A stretch of DNA of 64,000 nucleotides from Candidatus Cloacimonadales bacterium (lineage in GTDB: Bacteria > Cloacimonadota > Cloacimonadia > Cloacimonadales > JAIOQZ01): NCBI GenBank assembly GCA_963674825.1, contig OY771587.1, positions 1,216,001 through 1,280,000 of the forward strand. The letters are read 5' to 3'. The position numbers were made by a program, and so were the translations under genes. Below the pieces are notes generated by a model, which had not been told where the DNA came from, did not search any database, and saw nothing but the letters and a program-made list of their open reading frames with translations. This document shows positions 1 to 8,640 of this stretch, in pieces (positions within the stretch are counted from its first letter, which is position 1; each line of letters begins with the position of its first letter).

Positions 1-1
1 C

Positions 2-331
2 GCGATGGTTGGCTGGTTCATCACCGGTGAATCCAGGCCCTACGATATCGAAGAAGCCGAGTTTGGCAAACCAGTTCCAAGCAGCGAATACGGTGCTCTG
101 GAAGTCGCGCTGCGTTACAGCCACCTTGACCTCACCGACGAAGACGCCCTGATCTATGGCGGCATGGCAAACAATTACGCGGTCGCGCTCAACTGGTATC
201 CCAATAACAACATACGACTCATGATTAATTACATCATGGTCGAAAACTCCGAATACGCTGACGGCGGTGGCGATTATGAGGGTGAAGACAATTTCTCCTT
301 CGTCACAGCACGAGTGCTGGTCAATTTCTAA
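2..331 (+). CDS. OprO/OprP-family phosphate-selective porin, C-terminal part (gene starts before the window)
   Basis: GWFITGESRPY..GALEVALRYSHLDL..VALNWYPNNNIRLMINY motifs typical of OprO/P; terminal Phe of an outer-membrane beta-barrel. Confidence 0.8.
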   Translation, partial: AMVGWFITGESRPYDIEEAEFGKPVPSSEYGALEVALRYSHLDLTDEDALIYGGMANNYAVALNWYPNNNIRLMINYIMVENSEYADGGGDYEGEDNFSFVTARVLVNF

Positions 332-340
332 GGGAGGTGT

Positions 341-1330
341 GTGATGAAAAGCAAGACAAGCTTCACCGACCGTATGCGTAACCTTTTCCTGAAAAAGCAG
401 ACTGACGACAAACCAGATCGCAAGAAAGCCAACCGCACAGACAAACGGCTGACCCTTCCTCCGCATCACGTCATTATGCTGATGGTCCCGATCCTGTTCC
501 TTTTCGCGTGTAGCCTCGACGAAGATCCGATTGGCGGCGGTGGCGGAACATCCGATGTAAATCTGTTGATCAACGAAGTCTCCGCCAAAGGCGAAGACTG
601 GATCGAGATCTACAATCCGGAATCACAGCTCATCGACATCACCGGCTTCCAATGCTACGACGGTGGTCATCAGGCCGATCCATACATCTTTCCGAACGCA
701 CAGATCCCCGCAATGGGCTATCTGGTTCTTCATTTCAACGCTGTCGGGCAGCTCTACAACGCTTCGTTTGGCCTTTCTGCCGACGGTGAAAGCATCACCC
801 TGGCCGATACCAACGGCGACCTGGTCGATCACGTCGATTCTCCCGCTCTGGGTGACGGTGAGTTCTACGCACGCGTTCCAAACGGCGGAAATACGTGGCA
901 GATTGTTAATACCGCTACGCCCGGAATGCCCAATATTGGCGGAGTTCCCTCGCAAACCCTCTTCCTGAACGAGATTGTCTCGACTGGCGATCCCGACTGG
1001 GTAGAGCTTTACAATGCCACTCCATCCGATATCGATATCAGCGGATACTTTATCTATGATGGCGGCTCGTCGGACAACAAGAGCGTTTTCCCGGCTGGCA
1101 CTGTCGTTCCCGCGAACGGCTTCCTTACCTGGGATTGCGATGATGTGCAGACCAATTTCAAGCTCTCAAGCGGTGGCGAAGATGTCTATCTCGAGAATGA
1201 TCTCGAAGAGGCAATCGACAGCGTCACTTTCCCGGCTATGAACGATGGCGAATCGTACGCTCGCATCCCGGACGGCGGCGATTGGGCGATTACAACAACT
1301 CCGACACCGGGGTCGACGAACGGAGAATAA
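341..1330 (+). CDS. Lipoprotein with two lamin-tail domains (LTD)
   Basis: Lipobox LFAC; two repeats of INEV/LNEI..DWIE(I/L)YN..F(G/K)LS..GE..YAR.P.GG.W....TPG; RBS GGAGG at 333-337. Confidence 0.8.
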   Translation: MMKSKTSFTDRMRNLFLKKQTDDKPDRKKANRTDKRLTLPPHHVIMLMVPILFLFACSLDEDPIGGGGGTSDVNLLINEVSAKGEDWIEIYNPESQLIDITGFQCYDGGHQADPYIFPNAQIPAMGYLVLHFNAVGQLYNASFGLSADGESITLADTNGDLVDHVDSPALGDGEFYARVPNGGNTWQIVNTATPGMPNIGGVPSQTLFLNEIVSTGDPDWVELYNATPSDIDISGYFIYDGGSSDNKSVFPAGTVVPANGFLTWDCDDVQTNFKLSSGGEDVYLENDLEEAIDSVTFPAMNDGESYARIPDGGDWAITTTPTPGSTNGE

Positions 1331-2044
1331 ATGACCAAAATCTGGATTGCGATCCTGTCACTCTGCTTTTTGTTTGTGATCTTCGGATGCGAAGATAAAA
1401 AATCTGAAGATACTAAACTGGATTTCATTGCCAGTTTTCCACTTAAAATTGTCGAGCCATCCGGTCTTACCTACGATGGCACCAATCTTTGGACTGTCAG
1501 CGATGAAGAAGGTATGATCTATAAAATCGATACCGAAGGTGTGATTCTGGACTCGATCGATACCGAATTCGAGGACCTCGAAGGAATCGCTTGGGATAGC
1601 GAGAACAATCTACTTTGGGTTGCTGATGAACTCGATTCGAGGATATATGTTCTCGACACAGCAGGTACCGTTCGCGATACCATCAATCCCAGCTTCACAG
1701 GATCATATCTCAGTCTGGAGGGTTTATGCTACCGCGACAGTAGCTTCTGTGCGGCGGTCTATTATGCAGTCCAAGAAGCTGAAGCGGATATGGGAGGCGG
1801 AGCTTCCTACCCTCTCGACTTCAAGCCATCCGGGCTGGATTACGCAGAGGACAGAAGTTTCACACTTTATATCGTCAGCGATGAAACCGACTGTCTGTAC
1901 AAATGGAAATCGGGGATTCATCCTGAGATCCTTGAGCAATGGGAACTCAGGTCCGATGATCCTGAGGGTGTCGCTGTCGTGGGCAATAGGGTATATGTGG
2001 TCGACGATTCTGAAAACAGACTCGACATCTATATCCTGAATTAA
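1331..2044 (+). CDS. SdiA-regulated (YjiK-like) beta-propeller lipoprotein
   Basis: Lipobox IFGC; repeats EPSGLTY, DLEGIAW, SLEGLCY, KPSGLDY, DPEGVAV. Confidence 0.7.
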   Translation: MTKIWIAILSLCFLFVIFGCEDKKSEDTKLDFIASFPLKIVEPSGLTYDGTNLWTVSDEEGMIYKIDTEGVILDSIDTEFEDLEGIAWDSENNLLWVADELDSRIYVLDTAGTVRDTINPSFTGSYLSLEGLCYRDSSFCAAVYYAVQEAEADMGGGASYPLDFKPSGLDYAEDRSFTLYIVSDETDCLYKWKSGIHPEILEQWELRSDDPEGVAVVGNRVYVVDDSENRLDIYILN

Positions 2045-2084
2045 CATTCTCAACGTAAGTAATGAATAAAACCTGGAGGTTACC

Positions 2085-2930
2085 ATGAAAAAGATATTGA
2101 TCAGTGCTTTTCTTCTGACCGCGCTTTGCGGACTCTTTGCACAGAGCCTCTTCATCAACGAGGTGATGGCTAAAAACGAAACGACTATTGCCGATCCCCA
2201 AGGTGATTTCTGCGATTGGGTGGAGATCTACAACGGTGGCGATTCCGACATCGATATGGGCGGTCTCTACTTCGCAGACGACCATTATGACGGTACACTC
2301 GGCAGCGCTTACATGATCCCGACCACCAATTCGGAAGCGACAACCGTCCCCGCCGGTGGCTATCTATTGTTCTGGTTTGACGAAGATACCGCGGACGGAG
2401 AAACACACATCAACACCAAACTCGGCGGCGATAGTGACGCGGTTTACCTGCTGAACGCCGACAACGAAGTCATCGACAGCTTTGAATACGAATACGATGC
2501 CGAAACTGGACTTGACGTGGACGACGTTTCGATCGGACGCGTGCCCGACGGAACCAACGGATGGTCTTTCTTCGGATCAGACTACATGTACATGCCGAAT
2601 CCCGGTACGACCAACAACCTGATTGCGAACAACGAGCAATCCGTTCCTGATATCGCGGCCATCAGCATGACAAACTTCCCGAATCCGTTCAATCCGGAAA
2701 CGACTGTCAGCTTTAACGTACCGGAAGAGATGAACGCATCCGTGACCGTTTACAACATCCGCGGCCAGAAAATCGCAACCCTCTTCAACGGCAGAGCCGA
2801 AGCCGGTGCCAACAGCGTTGTATGGAACGGCACCGACGAATCCGGCAAGAAAGTTTCCAGCGGCATCTATTTCTATAAGCTTACTGCCGGAAATCAAACC
2901 CAGCTCAAAAAGATGGTGATGGTTAAGTGA
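2085..2930 (+). CDS. Secreted lamin-tail-domain protein with FlgD-Ig/T9SS-like C-terminal sorting domain
   Basis: Signal peptide; INEVMAKN..DWVEIYN LTD; C-terminal NFPNPFNPETT...SSGIYFYKL...KKMVMVK; RBS GGAGG. Confidence 0.85.
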   Translation: MKKILISAFLLTALCGLFAQSLFINEVMAKNETTIADPQGDFCDWVEIYNGGDSDIDMGGLYFADDHYDGTLGSAYMIPTTNSEATTVPAGGYLLFWFDEDTADGETHINTKLGGDSDAVYLLNADNEVIDSFEYEYDAETGLDVDDVSIGRVPDGTNGWSFFGSDYMYMPNPGTTNNLIANNEQSVPDIAAISMTNFPNPFNPETTVSFNVPEEMNASVTVYNIRGQKIATLFNGRAEAGANSVVWNGTDESGKKVSSGIYFYKLTAGNQTQLKKMVMVK

Positions 2931-2964
2931 CCCTCACACAGCCTCTCCCATTAATGGGCGAAGG
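2931..2964. repeat. REP-like palindromic element (CCCTCACnCnnCCTCTCCC-n-GGGnGAnGG family)
   Basis: CCCTCACACAGCCTCTCCCATTAATGGGCGAAGG; its reverse complement resembles 54367-54406 and 46040-46141. Confidence 0.5.
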
Positions 2965-2977
2965 TGTAGAGATAATG

Positions 2978-3007
2978 AAAGGCAGGTCGTTTGTACCTGC
3001 CTTTTTC
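2978..3007 (+). terminator. Rho-independent terminator, possibly bidirectional
   Basis: AAAGGCAGGT-cgtttgt-ACCTGCCTTT followed by a T-run, between convergent genes. Confidence 0.75.
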
Positions 3008-3042
3008 TATGGAAATTTGATGGGGAACCCTCTCTCTCCAAT

Positions 3043-6000
3043 CTACGAGCTTTCGATCTTCTGCAAGAGCTCCTTACCTTTCTCCGTGAATTCGGCGTTG
3101 TTGAGCTCTTCTGCCTTCGTAAGGCCTTCTCGCGCCAGTTCCGCCGCCTCGGCCTTCTTTCCGTCCTCAAACAGCAAATCCGCCTTTTCGATCAGGAATT
3201 CAGGAAGTGAATGGCTCATGCCGGATTGCTCGATCAGCGTCAATCCCAGCTCGAAATGCCGGTACGCTTCCTCGAAATCACCTGCCAGCTTGCAAGCTCG
3301 CGCCATGTTCGCACGGATGTTGATCAGCGATTCGATGTCGTTGATCTCCTTGGCATAAGCAAGGGCATCCTGGTGATGCTCCAGCGCTTGCGTGTAGTCG
3401 CCGACGCATTGCAGTACGTAGCCGATGTTGTCGAGCATACGGATCATCTCACTCTTGAGCCCGAGTTCGCGGTTGATTGTAAGCGCGTTTCGGTAGTATT
3501 CAAGCGCTTCTGGATACTTCTGTTGACCGTCGAGCACCCAACCCAGATTGCCCATCGTGCGTGAAATCTGGATCTTATCACCCTGTTCCTCTGCAATCTT
3601 GAGCTGCCGCTTGAGGAACTCTGTCGAATTCTCGAAATCGCCAGTATAGCGATAGATCACACCCAGATTACCCAACGCTTCAGCCACACGAAGCGGATCA
3701 CCCATTTTTTCGAAGGCGTTAAGCTCCTCTTCAAAGTAGTGGAATGCATCCTTCTGCTTGCCCTGCCAAAAACTCAGAACGCCCATCTCCAGATAAGTCA
3801 ATCCGAGCATCTTCAGGTCGTTTTCGGACGAGAAAAGCTCTAGCGCTTCTTTCAGAAGCGTTTCGCATTGCTCGTAATTACCGCTGAGCTTGAGGAGGTT
3901 TGCCAGATCGAGGTTCGTTTTGGCGATATCAAGCCTGCTACCCCATTTATGGGCTATTTCCGCCGCTTCTTCCACCGCCTTATTCGCCTCGTCCATGTTA
4001 CCCAAAACCTGGTTGTAATACTTCGCTTCCAGCAAAGCACCCACAAGCGACTGCACGATCTCTGCGCGCGAGTCCGCTGTATCCAGTTCCTGCTTCAAGA
4101 GCTCGATCTGACGGCTACGGTACTGCAATGCTGCGCGATTCTGGTAGTTTCGCTTGGCGTGACTGGATGCCTTTTCGAGGTACTCGATAGCGCGGTCGCG
4201 TATCTCGGCGTTGTCGTAATGATACGCGAGGTCGCTGTAATGGAGTTCGATATCGGTATCGAAAAGTTCGCGAATGGTGTCGGCCGCCAGACGATGCAAT
4301 TCCCGAAGGCGCTGCTTAAGCTGAATGCCGTAAACAACCTCGCGGATGAGGGTGTTGTTGAAGATATAGCGTAGCTTCTGTAGGGGCATCCAGATGTTCT
4401 CGCGCTGGGCTTCGACTACGATTTCATCGAAGCTGTCACGATCGATCGGCTCGGTGATGTTGTGCAACATGGTCGAAAGTATGTTAACCGGAAATTCTCT
4501 GCCCAGTACAGACGCGGTCTGTACCGCTTGCTTGACTTGTTCAGTCAGCCGGTCTATACGCGCGATAATGATCTCGTTGATACGCGATGGAATCTCGATT
4601 TTATCGTTTTTCAGGGTGAAGTCATTGGCAAGAAGATTGTTCTCCTGCAAGTACATGAGAATCTGCTCGATATAGAAAGGATTGCCTTCGCTCTTGTTCC
4701 ATACTAGATTGAAAGTCGCTTCCGGTAGCGACCCAAGCAATTCCGCGATCATCTCCTGTGCCGCTTCGCGACTGAGGTTTTGCAGCCGTAGCCGGATAGT
4801 TGGAACATCTTTGAGCACCAGATCGAACGAACTACCGTCGTCTTGGAATCGGCAGGAAAGAACGATCGCAAAAGGATAGTCTTCCACGTTTCGGGTAAGC
4901 GTAGTCAGCCAGCTGACGGTATCGGTGTCAATCAGATGAGCATCATCGATTACGATCACCCGCGGTTTGTGCAGACTCATGGCCAGTATCAGCGTTTTTA
5001 GTGCGTAAAGTGTGTTCTCGTAACGTCCTCGTGCGTCGAGTTGCTCATAGAGGGAGTTTTCCCAACGCAAGCCCAGCATTCCGCCGATTACGGAGCGAGT
5101 TCGTTCCAACTCGACACGTAGATCAGCGTCCAGAACCTGTTTTTGAAATTCATCGAAACGCTGGTCGAATGTAGCTCTGTTTTCGTCGAGCGTACGGCTC
5201 TCTTCCTGCTCGAAACTGAGTTCGAGGAAATGCAGGATGGGGTTGAAGCTCTTGCGCAGGATGCCATCGCAAGGCATCTCGATCCAGCGAATTTCATCAG
5301 ACTCGGCCATCATCTCGTGAATGAGCCTGCTCTTTCCGGTTCCGGCCGAGCCGTCGAGATAGATCAGGCCGCCAAAACGCTTTTCGTTCAACGGTGATAG
5401 GGTTTCAGTCAGCTTCTGGAGTTCATCCGCACGATCTATAAGCTTCCCGCTGAACTTGTTCTGCTGGCTGCTTTTCAAGCGTTGTTCCAGCAGGTAGACC
5501 GGTATGGGTTCCGGAAATCCCTTGAATACTTGATCGCTCTTGAATTCGATTTTATACTGCTGTGCCAGATTCGCGTTGAAGAAGCGATCAACATAGATCT
5601 GGTGCCAGTCCGCACTCATGGCGAAGCGTGCTGAGAGGTTCACAACCATGCCAAGCGCAGTATATTCGCTACGTGTATCGCTGCCCACGAAGCCGGTAAA
5701 CGCCGTTCCGAAGGTCATGCCGACCCGTAGATTGATATCGGGAAGCTGCCGTAACGCCAGTGCGTAGTCGCATGCACGGGCAAACATCTTTTCACGGCCA
5801 ACGGGTGCACCGAAGATGACCAGGGCGATTCCGCCCTTGTCGCCGAAATCGAATTTATTGAAGTACCCGCCATAGCGCACGGCAAGCCGTACGATCTCAG
5901 GCAGTGCAGCATCGAGGTTACCGCCTTCATCGAACGATATAAACATCGAGATGACGTCGCGGAACTCACCCGGCGTCTTCAGATTGATAACAGCTTCCGG

Positions 6001-6642
6001 AATGAAGCGCTCAATCCCGGTATCGCAAGGCTTGATATCCACCGGTCGCGATGAGATCATCCAGTTTTCCGGCTGCACGTGATAGTAGCCATCACGATAC
6101 TCCTTTCTGCATGAAATGCCTGGCTCGAAATCGATAACAGCACAGCCCTTTTCGCAATGCTTCTCACATCTGGCAGCGCCATCAATCGCATCGCCCCGGA
6201 AGTAGTAGGCGTTTTGCTCATCGCAGCGAATGATCTTCCATTCCACTTCCCCACGTGAAACACCGATCTTCACCGCGAGCTGGAAATCGCCGAAACGGGT
6301 AGTCTGGAAGCCAATAGATTCGAAGCTTGTGAGGATATCCATTGCCGCCCGTAGGGGCATGTTGTTATCGGTATGTTCTGCGGGAAACACAGCGGTGAAG
6401 GCATCTCCTGCAAAGCATGAAACGAAGCCATGATTACGATAAATGGAGTCGATTGCCGGCGTGAAAACACGGTTGATGATCCCCGTAAGGATTTCTGCGC
6501 CTTCTTTGCCGTTTTTCATTAATGTATGGGTCATGAGCGTGAAACCAGATACGTCAATGAACATGGTTCTGGCCTGTAAATTCCCGGAAGTCCGTTCATT
6601 CGCAGCATGATCGAGTATAGTTCTTGGAATGAGTTGTCGCAT
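3043..6642 (-). CDS. Class III adenylate cyclase, soluble-AC (ADCY10)-like: tandem cyclase domains + STAND NTPase + TPRs
   Basis: C1 MFIDVSGFT / FAGDA; C2 NKFDFGDKG / EYTALGMVVNLSAR; Walker A GSAGTGKS, Walker B VIVIDDAH; GNPFYIEQ; C-terminal TPRs. Confidence 0.85.
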   Translation of the reverse strand: MRQLIPRTILDHAANERTSGNLQARTMFIDVSGFTLMTHTLMKNGKEGAEILTGIINRVFTPAIDSIYRNHGFVSCFAGDAFTAVFPAEHTDNNMPLRAAMDILTSFESIGFQTTRFGDFQLAVKIGVSRGEVEWKIIRCDEQNAYYFRGDAIDGAARCEKHCEKGCAVIDFEPGISCRKEYRDGYYHVQPENWMISSRPVDIKPCDTGIERFIPEAVINLKTPGEFRDVISMFISFDEGGNLDAALPEIVRLAVRYGGYFNKFDFGDKGGIALVIFGAPVGREKMFARACDYALALRQLPDINLRVGMTFGTAFTGFVGSDTRSEYTALGMVVNLSARFAMSADWHQIYVDRFFNANLAQQYKIEFKSDQVFKGFPEPIPVYLLEQRLKSSQQNKFSGKLIDRADELQKLTETLSPLNEKRFGGLIYLDGSAGTGKSRLIHEMMAESDEIRWIEMPCDGILRKSFNPILHFLELSFEQEESRTLDENRATFDQRFDEFQKQVLDADLRVELERTRSVIGGMLGLRWENSLYEQLDARGRYENTLYALKTLILAMSLHKPRVIVIDDAHLIDTDTVSWLTTLTRNVEDYPFAIVLSCRFQDDGSSFDLVLKDVPTIRLRLQNLSREAAQEMIAELLGSLPEATFNLVWNKSEGNPFYIEQILMYLQENNLLANDFTLKNDKIEIPSRINEIIIARIDRLTEQVKQAVQTASVLGREFPVNILSTMLHNITEPIDRDSFDEIVVEAQRENIWMPLQKLRYIFNNTLIREVVYGIQLKQRLRELHRLAADTIRELFDTDIELHYSDLAYHYDNAEIRDRAIEYLEKASSHAKRNYQNRAALQYRSRQIELLKQELDTADSRAEIVQSLVGALLEAKYYNQVLGNMDEANKAVEEAAEIAHKWGSRLDIAKTNLDLANLLKLSGNYEQCETLLKEALELFSSENDLKMLGLTYLEMGVLSFWQGKQKDAFHYFEEELNAFEKMGDPLRVAEALGNLGVIYRYTGDFENSTEFLKRQLKIAEEQGDKIQISRTMGNLGWVLDGQQKYPEALEYYRNALTINRELGLKSEMIRMLDNIGYVLQCVGDYTQALEHHQDALAYAKEINDIESLINIRANMARACKLAGDFEEAYRHFELGLTLIEQSGMSHSLPEFLIEKADLLFEDGKKAEAAELAREGLTKAEELNNAEFTEKGKELLQKIESS

Positions 6643-6755
6643 TTTCCATCCTTACACGGTATCTCAACATTCGTATAAATAATACATCAGGAAAGTTCGA
6701 TGCTGTCAAGAAAAACGTGCACTCCCGGCTTTGCATCTCCTAACAGTAATTTCAT

Positions 6756-6794
6756 TTGACAGCGAAACAAATAAATCTAACGATCGTTTGAGAT
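6756..6794 (+). promoter_or_regulatory. Promoter (-35 TTGACA) with an overlapping palindromic operator for the TetR-RND operon
   Basis: TTGACA 6756-6761; perfect palindrome AACGATCGTT 6779-6788, flanked by ATCT...AGAT, at the expected -10 position. Confidence 0.55.
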
Positions 6795-6807
6795 AAAAGG
6801 AGTCACG

Positions 6808-7461
6808 ATGCGCAAACCACGTTGCGATGGACAGCAAACCAGAAAACGGCTGTTGGATGAAGCATGCAAATTGTTCGCAGAGCTTGGTTTTTATAAAACC
6901 ACCACACAGGAGATCTGCAAAAAAGCAGATACCAATCCGGCGGCTGTGAATTATTATTTCAAGAGTAAGAAGGATCTTTATATCGAGAGCTGGAAGCACG
7001 CATTCAATATTTCTCTCGAACGGTATCCCGCCGACGGAAGAATTCCGGCCGATGCACTGGCCGAACAGCGACTTTTCGGCAGGATATCCTCGATCGTACG
7101 CAGAGTTGTCGATCAGGAGAATTATAGCTTTGACATCTCTCATAAGGAAATGGCGAACCCGACAGGCTATTTGCAGGATGCACTGCATGAAGCATTCAGC
7201 CCCATTCGGGAAGGTCTCAGACAGGTTATCATCGAATTATTGGGCGATTCTGCAACAGATGAAGCCGTCGAGATGTGCCGTCACAGCATCCTGTCACAGT
7301 GTTTCAGCCCTCTTCTCGACTTCCGTAAGCGCAAGAAAAAGAAGGGCTTGAAGAAACACGACTTCATGGTTCTCAGCACAGATAAACTCGAACAGCACAT
7401 ATTTCAATTCAGTCTGGCTGGGATTCTAGCAGTAAAAGAAAATATAAAATCGGAGGAATAG
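6808..7461 (+). CDS. TetR/AcrR-family regulator (CecR-like C-terminus)
   Basis: TRKRLLDEACKLFAELGF..TTTQEICKKA..AAVNYYFKSKKDLY HTH; upstream of RND genes. Confidence 0.9.
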   Translation: MRKPRCDGQQTRKRLLDEACKLFAELGFYKTTTQEICKKADTNPAAVNYYFKSKKDLYIESWKHAFNISLERYPADGRIPADALAEQRLFGRISSIVRRVVDQENYSFDISHKEMANPTGYLQDALHEAFSPIREGLRQVIIELLGDSATDEAVEMCRHSILSQCFSPLLDFRKRKKKKGLKKHDFMVLSTDKLEQHIFQFSLAGILAVKENIKSEE

Positions 7462-8640
7462 ATGGGATTCAACGCGAGACATTATTTCATTGCAATTATT
7501 GCGATTGTAACAGTTGCGTTCATTATTGCAGGATGTAGTAACACCGATGGCGGCAAGATGAGCAAGCCTCCTGTCGCAGTGGAGATCACGAAAGTTTCTC
7601 ATGAAAATATCCGGGATATCGGCACTTTCAGCGGTACGCTGTCCCCACGTAGCAGCTTCACCGTATCACCCAAAGTAGCAGGACGGCTCCAACGGCTAAC
7701 AGTCGATATCGGCGACGTGGTTCATTCTGGGCAGATGATAGCAGTCCTGGATGACGAGGAATACGTGCAGGATGTACTTCAGGCAAAAGCTGATCTGGCT
7801 GTCGCGCAAGCGCAAAAAGTGCAGACTGAAAGCGCGCTGAACCTTGCCTCGCGTGAACTTGAGCGCGTCAAGACACTGCGTGAAAAAGACTTCGTGTCCG
7901 AATCGGATATGGATCAGGCGCAGTCTGAATACGACGCGGCCTACGCCAATCATCAAGTGGCAAACGCACAACTGGAGAAGCGCAAGGCCGAGCTCAAATC
8001 CGCAGAAGTACGTCAATCCTACACACGTATCACCGTTTCCTGGGAAGAAGGTCCCGCTACTCGCGTTGTGGGTGAGCGATATGTGGATGAAGGCGCTATG
8101 TTAACCCCAAACAGCGCAATCGTCAGCATCCTCGACAATAGCTCTATGACAGCCGAGATCGATGTAATCGAACGCGATTATCCCAAGATTCGCATCGGAC
8201 AACCTGCAATCATTTCGACCGACGCTTTCGCAAATGAAGATTTCGTGGGCAAGATCAACCGCATTGCGCCGATGTTGCAGGAATCTTCACGTCAGGCAAA
8301 GGTCGAGATCGATGTACCGAATCCCGATGGCAACCTCAGACCTGGGATGTTTGCACGGGTTCAGATCGAATTCCAGACCCACGAGAACGCAATTGTCATC
8401 CCAACCTCTGCCCTTGCCCGTAGAAATGAGCACGAAGGAGTATTCATCATAGACCGCGACACGATGACAGCGAAGTTCGTGGAAGTCCAAACCGGTATCC
8501 GTCAGGACGATCGCATCGAAGTGATCAAGCCCGAACTCAAGGGTGAAATCGTCGTTCTCGGACACCATCTGCTGGAAGACGGCGGTGCTATCAGATTGCC
8601 AAACGCGAAACCGCAGAATAATGGGGAGATGAGTAAATGA
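7462..8640 (+). CDS. RND efflux periplasmic adaptor (MFP) lipoprotein
   Basis: Lipobox IAGC; VSPKVAGRL..VDIGDVV..GQ; LRPGMFARV; IPTSAL. Confidence 0.92.
   Translation: MGFNARHYFIAIIAIVTVAFIIAGCSNTDGGKMSKPPVAVEITKVSHENIRDIGTFSGTLSPRSSFTVSPKVAGRLQRLTVDIGDVVHSGQMIAVLDDEEYVQDVLQAKADLAVAQAQKVQTESALNLASRELERVKTLREKDFVSESDMDQAQSEYDAAYANHQVANAQLEKRKAELKSAEVRQSYTRITVSWEEGPATRVVGERYVDEGAMLTPNSAIVSILDNSSMTAEIDVIERDYPKIRIGQPAIISTDAFANEDFVGKINRIAPMLQESSRQAKVEIDVPNPDGNLRPGMFARVQIEFQTHENAIVIPTSALARRNEHEGVFIIDRDTMTAKFVEVQTGIRQDDRIEVIKPELKGEIVVLGHHLLEDGGAIRLPNAKPQNNGEMSK

Noticed and set aside
2927..3358. 143-aa ORF overlapping the LTD gene stop
   Set aside because: Runs through a REP-like element, a terminator and the antisense of the cyclase gene
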